Made by a program: the position numbers and the translations under genes. 64,000 nucleotides of DNA. Origin: Octopus bimaculoides. Taxonomy: Eukaryota. The stretch's first letter is position 1; each line of letters starts with the position of its first letter. Under the pieces are notes generated by a model. The model searched no databases. It saw only the letters and a program-made list of their open reading frames with translations, and had not been told where the DNA came from. Below, in pieces: positions 62,175 through 64,000 of the stretch. Location of the stretch: assembly GCF_001194135.2 (NCBI RefSeq), contig NC_068990.1:24770387-24834386 (forward strand), written 5' to 3'.

Positions 62175-63961
62175 ACGTAAGAAACAAATAAACAAGGAGA
62201 GTTCTCTTTCGATGGCTCAAGTCAAGATCTCCTTCATTGACACTTCTTTGAAACACACACACACACACACACACACATAGACATACTATATGTATTTATG
62301 TTCCAACTTATTATTCACGTGTGATAATATCGCCGGGAATTTCATCCGTTCCTTCGATATTGCTGTCAGTAAAGTAGCTGGGAAGGGGCATGATGCGGCC
62401 TGTCCTGACAGCACTTTTACGGAGGCGGCACTTTGAGATCTGCTGTATAAACTTAGTATAAGGACCTTCGGGTGGCAGACACAAGGGCTGCCCTGCGCGG
62501 CACACATTGTTATATAGGATTTTGTTGGTGTTGCTTCTCAGGCTAAGCGTAATCGATCAGACTATTGATGACCATACCGTATTTTTAAAAACCAATAAAT
62601 TTTTTGTTTTGTTTTTGTTTTGTGTTTTCTTTTGTTTTTGTTTTTTTCTTTTCACTATTTCTAACAGGTCGAGTGACTACATAGACGTATAATGGTACTA
62701 CCAATATATAAACAGGTTGTTGTTGTTACTGTTGCTGTTGTCGTCGTCGTCTCGTTTTGTCCCGGGCCAACCCTGAAAGAGAAGACCTATACTCGGAGAC
62801 ATTTTAGCCATGCCCACCCCCAGCTAATCCCCATATGCACATTATCCAATATGTCCTTTAAAAAAATGTAATAAGAATATCTTGGTTTGATATTTTTTAA
62901 GGAGATTTGACTGCAATTTCTGGCAGGTCGAGGCAGTTATATAGAGCAGTCAAAGACAAACTTCGGCCCCGCTGGATTTTCTGAATGGTGCGTCAAACAA
63001 AAATTACCTAGAAACTTCTTTAGTAGTGCGACCCGCCTGATGGTAAGCTATGTTTCATGCGGCCAACTTCTCTAAAAAGGTTGGCCTTGCCTCATGTAGA
63101 GGTTCCGTCGTTGCCTCGCTAAGAAGCAGATACTAAACTGTGGCGTCGTTCAATTGAATCGAAGCGGCCACCTTTCAAACTCACGCATGCGCCCAAGCTT
63201 GACAGTGCGTTTATCTTTTAACTTAGAAACAATCACCAAACCAGCAGACAGTAACATAATGTTCTGAATAAATAAATTTTTTTAAAAACCTATCATAAAT
63301 AGCAAATATTCATAGGATTAACGAACAAAACTTAGTCATGTGTATAAATGCTTTTGTTATGTATACTTCATTTCCTTATTGATTTTTTGTTTAAAGTAAA
63401 TATCTAAATATCAGATGTAGAGTTTAGTGAGCCAGTAGTCATACTAGTTGCATGGTTGTAGACACGAAATCATTGCCAGGATATGTAAAATAACTATAGG
63501 CTTTTACTAATAGTAGTTCTTTGTGTGTGTACGCATGCGTGTGAAATGGAGGTGACGAGGACGAAGGAGTAGCTACATATGTGTGTGCGACTATGCGTGT
63601 GATTCGGCGTGTGTGTGACTCTGAGTATACGTTGGTATTGTGTGTGACAGTGTATATGATGGTATGCATATGAGTAGATGTATATGTGTATATGGGTGTG
63701 AGTTTGTGAATAGTGTCTATATGCATATGATGTGCGCATGCGTCTATGTTTAGATTTTACTGGTTGATATGAAGCGTGACTATCTATCCAAACAGTTGAT
63801 CATTATTTATGCTCAGCTTTATAGTATTAACACGCACAAAAAGACACACATACCTACAATCACTGCCGAAGACAGAGCTCCAGCGTGACCGCAGCCTAAC
63901 GACTGAAACAAGAATAAATAAATAAATGAGAGGATAAATGCATACATACATACACACACAC

Positions 63962-64000
<39 letters not shown>

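Overview
This is eukaryotic, AT-rich, repeat-saturated genomic DNA. By inference it is a cephalopod, most likely Octopus: it carries tRNA-derived SINE families resembling those I recall from octopus, extreme compound microsatellites, and 13 N-gaps mostly flanked by microsatellites, as in a short-read assembly. I found no intact protein-coding gene, rRNA, true tRNA or CRISPR array. Most entries in the ORF track are microsatellite, gap or antisense artefacts. The sequence supports the following: (1) two Penelope-like retroelement fragments (about 1-960 and 52768-53030, both minus strand), each next to a minimal type-I hammerhead-ribozyme motif; (2) two different, internally deleted Helitron helicase remnants (47258-49065, with an intact hairpin-CTAG 3' end, and about 55950-57080) plus a DINE-1/HINE-like non-autonomous Helentron; (3) two mariner derivatives with TIRs; (4) three CR1-type LINE remnants; (5) several dozen copies of at least four tRNA-derived SINE families, some in head-to-tail arrays with TSDs; (6) a 249-bp foldback element, an unclassified dispersed repeat and several local duplications. 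A few weak candidate host exons and a decayed coding-like island (22.5-25.8 kb) are flagged as low-confidence leads. Family names come from recalled motifs, not database searches, and boundaries of decayed copies are approximate.
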